Shown here one piece after another: positions 62,099-64,000 of a stretch of DNA of 64,000 nucleotides. Both the position numbers and the translations under genes were made by a program. This DNA is from Microbacteriaceae bacterium. Lineage in GTDB: Bacteria; Actinomycetota; Actinomycetes; Actinomycetales; Microbacteriaceae. Position 1 is the first letter of the stretch, and each line of letters begins with the position of its first letter. The notes below the pieces were generated by a model. That model worked only from the letters and a program-made list of their open reading frames with translations. It was not told the origin of the DNA and did not search any database. Location: contig CANFJH010000001.1 in NCBI GenBank assembly GCA_947447395.1, forward strand, positions 4,628 through 68,627, written 5' to 3'.

Positions 62099-62400
62099 AC
62101 CCGTGGCTTGCAATCATTCTTGGATCTTTGGCGGTTTTTTCTTGGAAACTTATCGGCTATCTAGTTCCAACAAAGTTATTGGATACCAAATGGCTTTCAA
62201 AACTAGCCGGATTCTTGACGATTGCTCTTTTAGCCGCTTTGGTTGGGGTGCAAACATTCGTCGGGCAAAATCGAATTGCATTCGATGCACGAATTCCGGC
62301 TCTGTTAGTCGCTGCGGTCTTACTTAAGGTCAAGGCACCATTCATTGTCATCGTTGTAGCAGCGGCAACTTCTGCAGCGCTCTTGCGATTAGCCTTCTAA
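62095..62400 (+). CDS. azlD: AzlD-family exporter subunit
   Basis: ATGA overlap with azlC; K..GY.VP, ALLAAL, DAR, APFIVIV. Confidence 0.85.
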   Translation: MNPWLAIILGSLAVFSWKLIGYLVPTKLLDTKWLSKLAGFLTIALLAALVGVQTFVGQNRIAFDARIPALLVAAVLLKVKAPFIVIVVAAATSAALLRLAF

Positions 62401-62955
62401 ATTATCGCGTCCAGGAAGCCAAGACTTTCCAGGTAAACCCCACTCGTTTTCGGCATACATGAGTTTTCGTTCCTTATGCCAATCCTTAGCCAATTTATCT
62501 AGGTAGAGAAGTCCGTCTAAATGATCGAATTCGTGCTGCATAATTCGAGCGAACCAACCGGATGCTTCAATGTGAACTGGTTCACGATTCAAATCCACTC
62601 CATCGACAACTACTGAGTCTGCTCGTTTTAGCGGGAATCTTTCACCAGGGGCTGAAAGGCAACCTTCAACTTCGGTATCTTCATCGGCTGGCCCTTTTTC
62701 TATTGGGCCTAGTTTTAGAACCGGGTTAATAACCTCTCCGCGGCGAGGGTTTCCCTCATCATCGTCGTAGCTATAAACAAATACCCTCAAGCCAACACCA
62801 ACCTGAGGAGCGGCTAAGCCAACTCCTGGAGCTTTATCCATGGTTTCGTACATGTCAAGCACGAGCTGCCTCAACTCGTCATTAAATTCGGTTACTTCGC
62901 TCGCGCGCGTGTGCAAAACTGGCTCTCCGGCTATGACGATAGGTCTGATACTCAC
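62389..62955 (-). CDS. def: Peptide deformylase
   Basis: GVGLAAPQ, EGCLS, QHEFDHLDG. Confidence 0.97.
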   Translation of the reverse strand: MSIRPIVIAGEPVLHTRASEVTEFNDELRQLVLDMYETMDKAPGVGLAAPQVGVGLRVFVYSYDDDEGNPRRGEVINPVLKLGPIEKGPADEDTEVEGCLSAPGERFPLKRADSVVVDGVDLNREPVHIEASGWFARIMQHEFDHLDGLLYLDKLAKDWHKERKLMYAENEWGLPGKSWLPGRDNLEG

Positions 62956-63030
62956 TTGAAAATGATACCTAGCCTTCCCTGATACCAGTGGTTCAAAAGA
63001 TAGGCTTAACGCGATGTACTTAGGAGAAGA

Positions 63031-63909
63031 ATGTTCCGCGCAATAGCAATCATTTTGTCTCTACTCGCAGCCGTAGCACTCGCATTTGGAGCTCAATTCC
63101 AAAATGATTCAATTGAGAAAAATGTAGATAAAGGTGTCGGCGAGAAAAAGGGTGTAGACCTCACACATGTTTTAAATTTGCTCAGGAACCCTCGTTGGCT
63201 TGGAGGTATGAGCTTTCTAGTGATTGGTGCCATGTGCCAAATCGCAGCACTAACGATGGCACCGTTGATTGTCGTTCAACCCATCGGTGCATTGGCCCTG
63301 GTAATTACGGCTGCCCTAAATGCTAAATCGACAAAAACTAGAATTTCTAAAGGTACCTGGATTGCAATTTCTCTGTGTTCCGGAGGTATTGCAACATTTG
63401 TAACTTTGGCTACGTCGATTGCCCAAGACCAGAACGAACTTTCCGATTCGGAGCTAGTAGTTATTCTGGCAATTCTTTTCGCACTTCTGTTAGCACTGGG
63501 CACGGTATTTCTACTTCAACGGCAGAAATTGAATGCGCTCACATTCATTCTCGGCGCGGGTTTGCTGTACGGACTACTTGCAACTCTGGTTAAATCAGTA
63601 ATCCAGAGAATCCAGCAGTCACATTTTGAATGGCTGACACTGGTTTGCCTGATTGCGGCTGTTCTGGCCATGGCGTTGGGAGGATGGTTCGTGCAAAATG
63701 CCTACGCATCCGGACCACCGGATTTAGTCATTGCTGGATTGACCGTAATTGATCCCATGGTCGCAGTTTCTATTGGAATTATCGTTTTGGGTGAAGCTGC
63801 GAACGCATCGCCTTTGATTATCTTGATATTTACCGCCTCGGGCGCGATTGCTGCCTTAGGAGTTTGGCTACTCTCAAGAGTTCACCCCGAACTTATGGCT
63901 CAGCGTTGA
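63031..63909 (+). CDS. DMT-superfamily membrane transporter
   Basis: About nine TMs; L.NPRWL.G, APLIVVQPIG, QNAYASG, LTVIDP. Confidence 0.8.
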   Translation: MFRAIAIILSLLAAVALAFGAQFQNDSIEKNVDKGVGEKKGVDLTHVLNLLRNPRWLGGMSFLVIGAMCQIAALTMAPLIVVQPIGALALVITAALNAKSTKTRISKGTWIAISLCSGGIATFVTLATSIAQDQNELSDSELVVILAILFALLLALGTVFLLQRQKLNALTFILGAGLLYGLLATLVKSVIQRIQQSHFEWLTLVCLIAAVLAMALGGWFVQNAYASGPPDLVIAGLTVIDPMVAVSIGIIVLGEAANASPLIILIFTASGAIAALGVWLLSRVHPELMAQR

Positions 63910-64000
63910 AGCTAAAGACGATCGTCATAGCTTGTGACACTTTCGCACCAGATCACAACGGAACAGCGACGTTCTCTAGAAATTTGGCAGTTGCACTTCA
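63906..64000 (+). CDS. Glycosyltransferase family 4, N-terminus (runs off the window)
   Basis: TTG overlapping the upstream TGA; MKLKTIVIACDTFAPDHNGTATFSRNLAVAL with DTF.P..NG motif. Confidence 0.75.
   Translation, partial: MKLKTIVIACDTFAPDHNGTATFSRNLAVAL

Overview
A compact, almost gap-free stretch of core chromosome from an actinobacterium. Gene order, small intergenic spaces, moderate GC and many leaderless starts suggest a streamlined freshwater Microbacteriaceae (Luna cluster, Rhodoluna/Aquiluna-like); this assignment is inference. Order: clpX(3'), benE, valS/ileS (divergent), folC, DUF4233, ndk, VKOR, rne, rplU, rpmA, obgE, proB, proA, an unlisted 56-aa membrane protein, nadD, a hypothetical, rsfS, tRNA-Ala, rpiB-like, DUF167, deoC, a dioxygenase, a SRAP/DUF6504/dnaE2 damage cassette, cydABDC, pabC/pabB, leuS, comEA, comEC, holA, MFS, rpsT, lepA, hemW, hrcA, dnaJ, rsmE, HIT, phoH, ybeY, CBS protein, era, leu leader, leuA, recO, uppS, glyQS, dusB, dgt, dnaG, tRNA-Asn, a kinase-like/regulator-like pair, azlCD, def, DMT, glycosyltransferase (5'). 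No CRISPR, transposase, integrase or prophage was seen. Best leads: (1) a two-component-like pair in which the kinase lacks its phospho-His and the regulator lacks its phospho-Asp; (2) a minimal DUF6504-dnaE2 mutagenesis operon with no local imuA'/imuB, a clamp-like motif in DnaE2, and a promoter carrying both a PafBC-type motif and a perfect LexA box; (3) a 22-bp bidirectional double-leaderless promoter; (4) a probable ATC start and a shortened ATPase domain in cydD; (5) an RpiB-family protein with Asp at the catalytic Cys position, near deoC. All calls come from reading motifs by eye; no searches were run.
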